Virus record (IMG/VR): IMGVR_UViG_3300022539_000516
Source of the DNA: a virus
Strand: one strand, 5' to 3'
Length of the DNA stretch: 48,954 nt
Position numbers and translations under genes: made by a program
The notes under the pieces: generated by a model
Told to the model about the DNA's origin: nothing
The model's input: the letters and a program-made list of their open reading frames with translations, nothing else
Database searches by the model: none
In this document: in pieces, positions 36,322 through 44,199 of the stretch
Layout: each line of letters opens with the position of its first letter
How positions within the stretch are numbered: position 1 is the first letter of the stretch

Positions 36322-37926
36322 ATGAATAGAAAAATTATAGATGCAGAAAAATATATGAAGTCGGAGTTGGGTGAAGCCGATGGAATAGATGGTATGTTTT
36401 TTCTCTCCCCAAGCGGTAAACTTTTTAATGTTGGAGGATTTCATTGGCCTTATGCTAGAGAAATTGTAATATGGCTTGAGAAACAGGGTCATAAATTTAA
36501 AACAGAAAGTAAGGCACTTAAATTAGAGTCAGCTTCTTCGATAGCAAGAAAGGCACATGGCAGAAAAAAAGTTGATAGGGATAGATTAGATATAATTTTT
36601 TCTGAAGAATTAAATATGATAAGGATTTATAGTTCTTCTAGAAGTGAATTTGATATAGAAATAGCTTCAACGATAACTAGAAAACAATTTGATACTATAA
36701 AACGTCTTGTAAATGCTGGTTTTAATAGAACAAATTTGTATTATGATATATATTTAAGAAGAAAATCTACGGACGATTATAGAGACAGAAGTGGAACTGG
36801 GTTTTTAAATTTCGTAAAAGCATGTAATAGTTTAGAATTAGTTGATGGTGGAGTAATGGTAAGAGCAAATCCAAGGAGGTATAAAATGAAACATAGAAGA
36901 GTAATAAATAATCCTGATAAGACTGATAAATATTATAGTATTGTTAGACGTAGAGGAGAAAGAATTATTTTACGTAAGAAAAAACAGTCCATTTATGTAT
37001 TATATAGTGAAGGACATGATAAAAATTTCTGGATGGGGTCTAAAGATACAATGATTGCACGTATGCAAAAATATGTAGATGAATCAAAATGGAGATGGGA
37101 AAATAAAGGTTCATCTTGTTTTGTCAAAGTACAGGATAAAAAAATGGAAAAGTTTAGGGCGCAAGCATGGGTGCATCCTGAATATAGTGATGATTATATG
37201 GTGAACTTTACTATAGAAGCAGAAAATTATGAAGAAGCCGCAATTATAGTGCGAGACTGGTTAAAAGAGCAAAAATCTCAAATGTTAAATGATTTTAGAA
37301 TAGAAAAAGGAACATGGGAAGAAATTGAAGATACTGGAATTGATTATGAACAAAACCCAAGGAGGAATAAAATGAGACAAAAAAGGCATGCAAAATGTAT
37401 AGGTTGTGGAAAACTTGCGGTTATACCGAAAGACAAGACAAAACCTTATGGTTGGATAATAACGCAGGATATGGGTCACGACCCCGACTATCGTTGCGAT
37501 AAATGTAAAAAGAGATGGCAAAAAGGTGAAAGAAAACTATCGAAACAAGAGGTATCTGAATTAAAGTTAATTCAACATAAAATGAGACACAGAAGAAATA
37601 CAGGAGATATAAAAAAATTACTAGATATAGGTATGAATATAATTGATACAATGTTTTCTATTCTTAATAAAACAAGTGAAGAATTGATAAAAGTAGGTAT
37701 TAATCGGGCAGAATTTAGTATTCCATCTTTTGAGGACTTATATGATTCACATTATATACAACCAGAGGATTTGACAGTAGAAGAATGGGATAGAATATCA
37801 GATGAAGAGATAGAGGATGTAGGAAAAAGATTATGCAATTACGCGAAAGAAAAAGCAGAGGAACTACGGTTTACCATAAAGGAAGGTTATTCTTATCCTT
37901 ACATTAATATTTATTATTCAATTTAA
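36322..37926 (+). CDS. Multi-module polyprotein-like protein
   Basis: ANPRRYKMKHRR, QNPRRNKMRQ and KMRHRRN junctions; first module is the repeated domain; one CxxC..CxxC module. Confidence 0.72.
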   Translation: MNRKIIDAEKYMKSELGEADGIDGMFFLSPSGKLFNVGGFHWPYAREIVIWLEKQGHKFKTESKALKLESASSIARKAHGRKKVDRDRLDIIFSEELNMIRIYSSSRSEFDIEIASTITRKQFDTIKRLVNAGFNRTNLYYDIYLRRKSTDDYRDRSGTGFLNFVKACNSLELVDGGVMVRANPRRYKMKHRRVINNPDKTDKYYSIVRRRGERIILRKKKQSIYVLYSEGHDKNFWMGSKDTMIARMQKYVDESKWRWENKGSSCFVKVQDKKMEKFRAQAWVHPEYSDDYMVNFTIEAENYEEAAIIVRDWLKEQKSQMLNDFRIEKGTWEEIEDTGIDYEQNPRRNKMRQKRHAKCIGCGKLAVIPKDKTKPYGWIITQDMGHDPDYRCDKCKKRWQKGERKLSKQEVSELKLIQHKMRHRRNTGDIKKLLDIGMNIIDTMFSILNKTSEELIKVGINRAEFSIPSFEDLYDSHYIQPEDLTVEEWDRISDEEIEDVGKRLCNYAKEKAEELRFTIKEGYSYPYINIYYSI

Positions 37927-37956
37927 TCTCTATAATAACACATTAAAGAGATAGAT

Positions 37957-38364
37957 ATGAAAGAATTTGACAGGAAAAAATTAGTTTATAAGATAACAAA
38001 AACTTTAGAGTTATTTGATAAGTTAGTGAAACGATATAAAATAAAAGAACTCAGAAGAAAAGCAGGATATGAAGTAACTGATGTAGAATTATTTTTTTAT
38101 TCAAATCGAAGATTTTGGGATACAACCACACTAGAAACAGGAGTTATAGAAATAGATAAAAATTTTGTGTATTATAATAAAATGGACGACATAGAACAGG
38201 TAATAAAACATGGACTTGCTCATCTGATAACTCCCGTTGAAAGTCCTGCACATGGAGATGAATTTCGTAAAAGTCTTAGAAAATTAAGGGCATCGCCGCA
38301 CGTTTTTGGTTATGATGGAGAAAGGCATTTTTGGCTTCGTTATGATAAGGATAGAGAAGAATAA
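37957..38364 (+). CDS. SprT-like metallopeptidase paralog with degenerate HGLAH motif
   Basis: VIKHGLAHLITP..HGDEF; the catalytic Glu is replaced by Gly. Confidence 0.7.
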   Translation: MKEFDRKKLVYKITKTLELFDKLVKRYKIKELRRKAGYEVTDVELFFYSNRRFWDTTTLETGVIEIDKNFVYYNKMDDIEQVIKHGLAHLITPVESPAHGDEFRKSLRKLRASPHVFGYDGERHFWLRYDKDREE

Positions 38365-38372
38365 AATTTCCC

Positions 38373-38401
38373 TTGACTGGTAATTGATTAGGTGATATAA
38401 T
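38373..38401 (+). promoter_or_regulatory. Sigma70-type promoter
   Basis: TTGACT-N17-TATAAT. Confidence 0.8.
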
Positions 38402-38467
38402 GGGTTTACAGTTTACAGGTTACTTAATTCAATTTCGTACAAGTCCGCAATTACACACACTTAAAAA

Positions 38468-38565
38468 GGCTTCATATAAAGCTCGTAGGGGCGAGAACGT
38501 GAGTCGGTTAGGGGTTTTATATGACCGGTTTTGAGAAAAGGCCGTGGTGGGGCTTATATGAAGCC
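38468..38565 (+). ncRNA. Candidate structured RNA or leader
   Basis: ggcttcatataa...ttatatgaagcc closing stem with internal hairpins, downstream of a strong promoter. Confidence 0.4.
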
Positions 38566-38630
38566 ATTCCGGCGAGAGGATTTGAGTACTTGTTTTAGAT
38601 ACAGAAACAAACAAAAGGGGGAGATAGATT

Positions 38631-38744
38631 GTGGCGAAAGAAGATAAAGGCAACCTTTTAATCTGGGGTACGATACTAATAGGAGCGTTTGTTATTGCAT
38701 TAATTGTCGGAAATAAACAAGAAGCGGAAGCTGAACAAAAATGA
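38631..38744 (+). CDS. Small single-TM protein (37 aa; not in the ORF track)
   Basis: GGGGAG RBS, GTG start; LLIWGTILIGAFVIALIVG; stop overlaps the next ATG. Confidence 0.55.
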   Translation: MAKEDKGNLLIWGTILIGAFVIALIVGNKQEAEAEQK

Positions 38745-39160
38745 GAACAGAAAAACAAATACAGAAACTTTTTGGAAGATTAGTAAAGTGTTGTAAGATA
38801 GAAGAGATTAGAAGACTTGCAGATTGGGTTAAACCTACAGATGAGATAATCCCCCAATGTTTTATTGTAGAAAAAGATGTGATTAGAGAATTAGTTTTAG
38901 AAAAAGGAGGGATGACTCCTTTATCTCTTTTGATGGAAGATGTTTGGGCAACAGCTGACCATTATGAAGCAATTATTTGTATTGATGAAGAAATTGCTTT
39001 GAATGAGGTACGTGTGAAGAATGAAGGACTTAAATCTATAATTATACACGAACTGGCGCATTTAATAACTCCACCACATTTTGAATCACATGGTAAAGAA
39101 TTCAATAGAAACTTAGATATTTTAAAAAGAATATGTAAAAAAATAAAAATGAGAGGATAA
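38741..39160 (+). CDS. SprT-like HExxH metallopeptidase
   Basis: IIIHELAHLITPPHFESHGKEF. Confidence 0.75.
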   Translation: MRTEKQIQKLFGRLVKCCKIEEIRRLADWVKPTDEIIPQCFIVEKDVIRELVLEKGGMTPLSLLMEDVWATADHYEAIICIDEEIALNEVRVKNEGLKSIIIHELAHLITPPHFESHGKEFNRNLDILKRICKKIKMRG

Positions 39161-39161
39161 T

Positions 39162-39581
39162 ATGCCGGATGCTTTAGAAGAAGCCAAAAGAATTTTGAAT
39201 AAGAATATAGATGAAGTTTTACCTTTAATAGAAAATATTAGAGAGAAAATAGAGGAAATTCTTGAATACATATACGAAAAAATGCCAACAGAAAATCCGG
39301 ACGAACTTATGCATCTTTTGTTGGATGCAAGCATGGATAGTCTTTTTGCGCTAGTGAAAGCATGTGATAAGTTAGAAGAAGATGATACTGTAGATGATGA
39401 CAAGGTAGATTTTATCATGTATTGTATATCAGCATTTGGTACTATAGCTTTTTTGTGTGAAACTTCAGATGTCATAGAGAAATATATGGAATCTATGATA
39501 GAAGTTTTAAAAAGGGTTTGTAAGGATAAAATAAGAGATGTAAAACTTGGCAAAGGAGATAGTGAGATTTATTATAAATAA
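39162..39581 (+). CDS. Hypothetical helical protein
   Basis: GAGG RBS; ORF track. Confidence 0.55.
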   Translation: MPDALEEAKRILNKNIDEVLPLIENIREKIEEILEYIYEKMPTENPDELMHLLLDASMDSLFALVKACDKLEEDDTVDDDKVDFIMYCISAFGTIAFLCETSDVIEKYMESMIEVLKRVCKDKIRDVKLGKGDSEIYYK

Positions 39582-40084
39582 TGCGAACATATAAAGAAGT
39601 AAAATTAGCTACAGAGAAATTTTTTAATAAAGTAGTCAAAAAAGCAAAAATAGTAGAAGAACGTAAAAAATTGGGATTCACCAAAAAGGCTATTCCTAAA
39701 TTAAGATTTACAAGATTGTTAGGAAAGTGGCTTTTTGCGGCAGACTACGATTTAGGTGTATTAATAATAAATCCAGAAGTTCTGAAAGGATTTACAAGAA
39801 CACATATGGGAGGATATGTTGAATTTGCTGAAGTTATATCTCCAGCATTTAAAATAGTAGTTATACATGAGATGGCTCATTTAATTACTCCAAATAAATA
39901 TAAAAGTCATGGTAGAAAGTTTTTACAAAATTTAGCTGAAATTATGGGAAGAATGGAGTATACAGAAATGGCTATCAAAGAATACCTAGGAGAAGAATAT
40001 GAATTGAAGAAAAGATATAAAAAAACAGAAGATATTATGGAGAAAAAAGTGTTTGAAAAATTAAGAAGGCTTGGAAAAGTTTAG
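39581..40084 (+). CDS. SprT-like HExxH metallopeptidase
   Basis: FAADYDLGV; VVIHEMAHLITP..HGRKF. Confidence 0.75.
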   Translation: MRTYKEVKLATEKFFNKVVKKAKIVEERKKLGFTKKAIPKLRFTRLLGKWLFAADYDLGVLIINPEVLKGFTRTHMGGYVEFAEVISPAFKIVVIHEMAHLITPNKYKSHGRKFLQNLAEIMGRMEYTEMAIKEYLGEEYELKKRYKKTEDIMEKKVFEKLRRLGKV

Positions 40085-40103
40085 AGGGGTTTAAGGACAA
40101 ATA

Positions 40104-40580
40104 ATGCAAAGGGGAGAAATATTTAAATTTCCAGAAGAAACAAGGAGTCAAGAAGCCAAACGAATATATGATAGAGTGATACCCTATTTTGACAAAATAG
40201 TTAAAAAAGCAAAAATAGAAGAAGAGCGTAGAAGGCTAGGTCTTACTACAAAAATAAAACCTTCGCTAAGAATTTTTATGTTGAGCAAAAGAATTATATT
40301 TGCAGCAGATTATGATTTAGGAGTAGTTGTTTTAAGCTGGCATATAAAAGATTATGATATAGACCATATAAAATTTATTCTAATACATGAATTAGCTCAC
40401 TTAATAACTCCGAGAGTATATAGATACCACTGGATAGAATTTGAGGATAATATGGTTAAAATTATGAAATTATTAAAATATTCCGAAAAACGCATTGCCA
40501 AATTTTTAAAAAAACAGGATGTTGCTAGAAGTCGTGGTAGAAAATCTAAATATAAAAGAATAAGAAAAGAATGGGAATGA
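40104..40580 (+). CDS. SprT-like HExxH metallopeptidase (close paralog of 39581)
   Basis: FAADYDLGV; ILIHELAHLITP..HWIEF. Confidence 0.75.
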   Translation: MQRGEIFKFPEETRSQEAKRIYDRVIPYFDKIVKKAKIEEERRRLGLTTKIKPSLRIFMLSKRIIFAADYDLGVVVLSWHIKDYDIDHIKFILIHELAHLITPRVYRYHWIEFEDNMVKIMKLLKYSEKRIAKFLKKQDVARSRGRKSKYKRIRKEWE

Positions 40581-40954
40581 AGCTAAAAATAGATAAAAGA
40601 ATAAAGCGACCTCCATTTTGTTTTGACAAAACTAACAAAGTTATATATTCAACGTATGATAAAGAAGATTTTGATAAAGGTTGGAGTTTTTTCTGCTACG
40701 GAAAACTATCGAAACTACATGTATTTAGGGAAAGAAAAGTAGAACATAGAAATGATATGTGTCATTGTTATTATACTCCGCTGAAGGGAATGATTAAATT
40801 TTATATTAATATAGAAGATATATTGGGAGAAACTCAAGCTGGTATTGCTGTAATAAATAGATTGTCAAGACCTCATTGTCCAGAATGTGGAGAGGATATG
40901 TATAAAATAGTGAAATATGAGTGTCCAAGGTGTATATTAAACAAGGAGGGATAA
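40571..40954 (+). CDS. Cys-rich hypothetical protein
   Basis: C-terminal CPECG..CPRC. Confidence 0.55.
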   Translation: MGMKLKIDKRIKRPPFCFDKTNKVIYSTYDKEDFDKGWSFFCYGKLSKLHVFRERKVEHRNDMCHCYYTPLKGMIKFYINIEDILGETQAGIAVINRLSRPHCPECGEDMYKIVKYECPRCILNKEG

Positions 40955-40955
40955 A

Positions 40956-41222
40956 ATGTCTTCTATATACATATGGACTAAAGGTGATAGAAGTGTTGGT
41001 ATACGGCCTGGGAAAGCAAAGCTAGAAACCGACTTTAGAGACTTTGAAGATTTTGACGAAGAAACCCGTGAAGATATTAAAAACAGATTAGGAAAGCTTA
41101 TAGAAGATATGTATGATGATGTAATAGATGTAATATATTTTGACGACGAATGTCCCAACTGTGGAGATAGATTAAACAAAAAAGGAATATGTAGAAAATG
41201 TGAAGCATATACGCATCGATAA
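40956..41222 (+). CDS. Hypothetical protein with C-terminal zinc ribbon
   Basis: GDRSVGI; CPNCG..CRKC; AGGAGG RBS. Confidence 0.6.
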   Translation: MSSIYIWTKGDRSVGIRPGKAKLETDFRDFEDFDEETREDIKNRLGKLIEDMYDDVIDVIYFDDECPNCGDRLNKKGICRKCEAYTHR

Positions 41223-41233
41223 GGTATAAATTA

Positions 41234-42676
41234 ATGATAAAAGGTTTAAGAAAGAATCCCGACAAGACTGTACGTAAATTTATTACTACAATGTATCGGA
41301 TAGGTGAACCAGAGGATTGGAACGAGAAATTCTTTGTAGCGACAGAAGGCAGTATTGACGGGTGGATACGTTACTTGGTTAGTACTGTTGAAAATCAGTG
41401 GGATTTACTTGACGAAAAGGTGTATAAGTTAACAGTTTCAAAGTTCTATTTACCGTTTACTAATATTTCAGTAAAGAGTGTTGGTGAGTTACAAAAAAGA
41501 TATGATAGAGGAGAAATATCTGATGAAGATATTAGAGGAGTATATCCTGAAGAAACTGGACTACAACATCTAGAACAATATGAGGTAATACCAGAAGATA
41601 TAGTTTCTAAACATGAGTTATCTAGAAAAGAAATAGAGAGTTTTGCGGAAGGAAAAAAATCAAGAAAGAATCCTGCAACAAAATCTATTGTCAAACAAGC
41701 CGAAGAACTTCTATATGAAAAATATGGCGGGACAAAATTGAGAGATGTATATAATGCTGCTTGGATAGCTCCTAGCGGTAAATTATTAGGAAATTTAGCA
41801 GACCACTATGATTCTGCTTATGAAGTTTTGAAAGATTTAGGAATATATGCGGATGAGGAAGAGAAAGACCTTTTTAATTTTTTAAGACTGGGTTTTATTC
41901 GTTTTAACCTTACTGGGATTGAATTAGATATAGAAATTAGAAGTAAAATAACACAGAAACAATTCAAAAAAATTGAGGAAATAGTAAGATATGACAAAAT
42001 ATATGGTGAATTTTATTTCGATATTACCATGCCAGAATTAGAGTTATTTATAGATGGTAAAGGATATGAAAATTTTTTGAAGGTAATAGATAAATATAAT
42101 TTGGTAAAAGCTTCAAGAAAGAATCCCATAGTCAAAACATCAATATCCTTTAAAACTTTTCAGAGATTGAATCCTAAAAAAGAATTGATTGAAAGAGCTG
42201 TAGATTATTTTGGTATTACTGAATCTGGTAGAGCAGCAGGATTTATACTGGATGATGGTAGACTGTTAGATTTCAGTGGATACAAACAGGGGTTTGGTGT
42301 TAGAACAAAAAGACATTTTGTCCACGACCGCATTACTATTGTAATGGAAACAAAAGATAAAATGATTAGTAATAACGTAAAGCTTGCGTTTTTTCAATGG
42401 CAGACAGGTGCATTGAGACTACTTTTGGATGTGTATGCATCCGATTTGGCTATATCCATTGAATTTCCACAGGAGATAACAGGTTATCAAATATTAAGAG
42501 TAAGGAATTTAGTTAGAGCATATGGAATAAATTTAGTGTTAGATGTATTTTCTAGAGATTTACAGCCTGGAGAACAGATGTTACTTTATAAAATATTGGA
42601 AGACCCTACGGATAAAGAGATTAATGAACTGTTTCAAAAATATTTTGAGTACAAAAAAGATATAATGGGAGATTAA
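41234..42676 (+). CDS. Three-module polyprotein-like protein (three RKNP junctions)
   Basis: aagaaagaatcc precedes each module; modules 2 and 3 carry AAWIAPSGKLL and AGFILDDGRLLDFSG. Confidence 0.72.
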   Translation: MIKGLRKNPDKTVRKFITTMYRIGEPEDWNEKFFVATEGSIDGWIRYLVSTVENQWDLLDEKVYKLTVSKFYLPFTNISVKSVGELQKRYDRGEISDEDIRGVYPEETGLQHLEQYEVIPEDIVSKHELSRKEIESFAEGKKSRKNPATKSIVKQAEELLYEKYGGTKLRDVYNAAWIAPSGKLLGNLADHYDSAYEVLKDLGIYADEEEKDLFNFLRLGFIRFNLTGIELDIEIRSKITQKQFKKIEEIVRYDKIYGEFYFDITMPELELFIDGKGYENFLKVIDKYNLVKASRKNPIVKTSISFKTFQRLNPKKELIERAVDYFGITESGRAAGFILDDGRLLDFSGYKQGFGVRTKRHFVHDRITIVMETKDKMISNNVKLAFFQWQTGALRLLLDVYASDLAISIEFPQEITGYQILRVRNLVRAYGINLVLDVFSRDLQPGEQMLLYKILEDPTDKEINELFQKYFEYKKDIMGD

Positions 42677-42677
42677 A

Positions 42678-43169
42678 ATGGAGATAAAGAAAGTAAGATA
42701 CTTATTCTGGAAATTTATTTTTAAAGCAGAAATAGTAGAACAAAGAATAAAGCTAAGAAAATATCTTTTACTGCCAAGAGTTAAATTGGAAATAAGTAAA
42801 AAAATGTTATCCTTTTGGGGGGATGTAAACTTCAATAAAGGTCTTGTTAGATTGAGTTATTATTTTTTAATTGATAACAAGCAACCAGTAATAGAAAAAT
42901 TGATAACGCATGAATTAGCTCATTTAGTAACTATTAAAACTGGACACCACTCCGGTTTCTATGAAAATCTTAGGAAAATTAGAAAAAAAATAGGTCTTTC
43001 TTCTCTTGACGTAATATTTGGAGATGTTATCGTAAGGACTTATGTCTACGAATATATATGCACAAAATGTAAGAAACAAAGAGATTATTCGTTTATATGT
43101 TGTGGTCGTAGAGCAAAAAGAATAAAAGTTGGAGACATAAAATCAAAATTTACAAGTGTAGGAAAGTAA
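42678..43169 (+). CDS. SprT-like metallopeptidase with C-terminal Cys cluster
   Basis: LITHELAH..HHSGF; YEYICTKC..CCG. Confidence 0.78.
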   Translation: MEIKKVRYLFWKFIFKAEIVEQRIKLRKYLLLPRVKLEISKKMLSFWGDVNFNKGLVRLSYYFLIDNKQPVIEKLITHELAHLVTIKTGHHSGFYENLRKIRKKIGLSSLDVIFGDVIVRTYVYEYICTKCKKQRDYSFICCGRRAKRIKVGDIKSKFTSVGK

Positions 43170-43170
43170 A

Positions 43171-43422
43171 ATGAATAATCATCATGTAACAAATATTATA
43201 AAGTTAACCGAAGAAATAAACTCGATAGTAAATGGTTCTCCACCACCGTTCGGAAAATCTGTCCGGTTAAACTACACAAAAGAGGAAGTGCAAGCAATAG
43301 TAAAAAAATTGAGACAGGCTCAAAGTGAATTGTTAGCAATTTATAGTATAAAACCAAGTCTTCACTCTACTCTGAAACATTTTTTAAATTGCAATAACGC
43401 CTTTTTAGACACTCTAGCATAA
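43171..43422 (+). CDS. Hypothetical protein
   Basis: ORF track. Confidence 0.45.
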   Translation: MNNHHVTNIIKLTEEINSIVNGSPPPFGKSVRLNYTKEEVQAIVKKLRQAQSELLAIYSIKPSLHSTLKHFLNCNNAFLDTLA

Positions 43423-43440
43423 AAAAGAATAAAAAAACCC

Positions 43441-43469
43441 TTGACTGGCAATGGCTTGTGTGATATAAT
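43441..43469 (+). promoter_or_regulatory. Sigma70-type promoter
   Basis: TTGACT-N17-TATAAT; shares cccttgactgg.aat...tgatataatg with the 38373 promoter. Confidence 0.8.
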
Positions 43470-43727
43470 GTTGATACTCAGTTATACCCTATAGCACAGT
43501 TATGTCAAAAAATCAAACAATACAGAAGATAATAATACTATATTACACAGGCGTAGAACGGCGTTCTATGCTCTGTAATAAGTATAAGATGTAAAAAGGT
43601 ATTCCAGGCAGGATGAAAGGAACACCACCATTGTAAGGAGAAGATGTAAATAGACGTTTTTGGCTACTAGCGTGGTCTGGGATGGGATGTCATATTTGCA
43701 TCTTCTCCATCTCCCCCGAGGATTTAT

Positions 43728-43994
43728 ATGCCTGTAAAAATAAATATAAAAACTCTTGAGAGAGAAGCACAAGAATTGATAAAAGTATGTTTGTCTGAAG
43801 GAATTGACTCCAATCTTGAAAAGATAGATGAGTTTTTAGAACTCTGTAAAAGTTCAATACGTAGTGCTAGAAGGAGAAAAGATTATGACCTTTTTAATGT
43901 AGCAAGAAAACTTTTATATAGTTGGTCTGTAAAAAAATCGTATGTAACAGGAAAATTAGAGTATAAATTACCAAAGGATATTAAAGCGGAGTGA
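43728..43994 (+). CDS. Hypothetical protein
   Basis: GAGGA RBS; ORF track. Confidence 0.5.
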   Translation: MPVKINIKTLEREAQELIKVCLSEGIDSNLEKIDEFLELCKSSIRSARRRKDYDLFNVARKLLYSWSVKKSYVTGKLEYKLPKDIKAE

Positions 43995-44199
43995 CTTCCT
44001 ACCTGTACTGGTTCTTTGCCAAACTGTGTTATAGTACAGCCAAAGCTAGAGTTACTCCGCTTTTTCTTAGAATAAAAAACCGGACGGATTGTTCTTTGAT
44101 AAGGTGATACTTGGAGGTGGTCTCCTTTTTGTATCTCCTTAGAATTGTCTTGAATATAAATGTTTATTCCGTCCGGTTAAAAGTAAAAGGAGGCGTAAA

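Larger units (their letters stand above)
33522..37600 (+). repeat. Dispersed junction repeat AACCCAAGGAGGAATAAAATGAGACA (NPRRNKMRH)
   Basis: Copies near 33524, 35272, 35563, 36868 (variant) and 37354, with a partial copy at 37578; related aatcctaggagaaata at 32591 and 33089. Confidence 0.9.

Noticed and set aside
33522-37600. CRISPR array or integron attC array
   Set aside because: The repeats are irregularly spaced hundreds of bases to kilobases apart, in frame inside ORFs, non-palindromic, and lack RYYYAAC/GTTRRRY ends; no cas genes are present.
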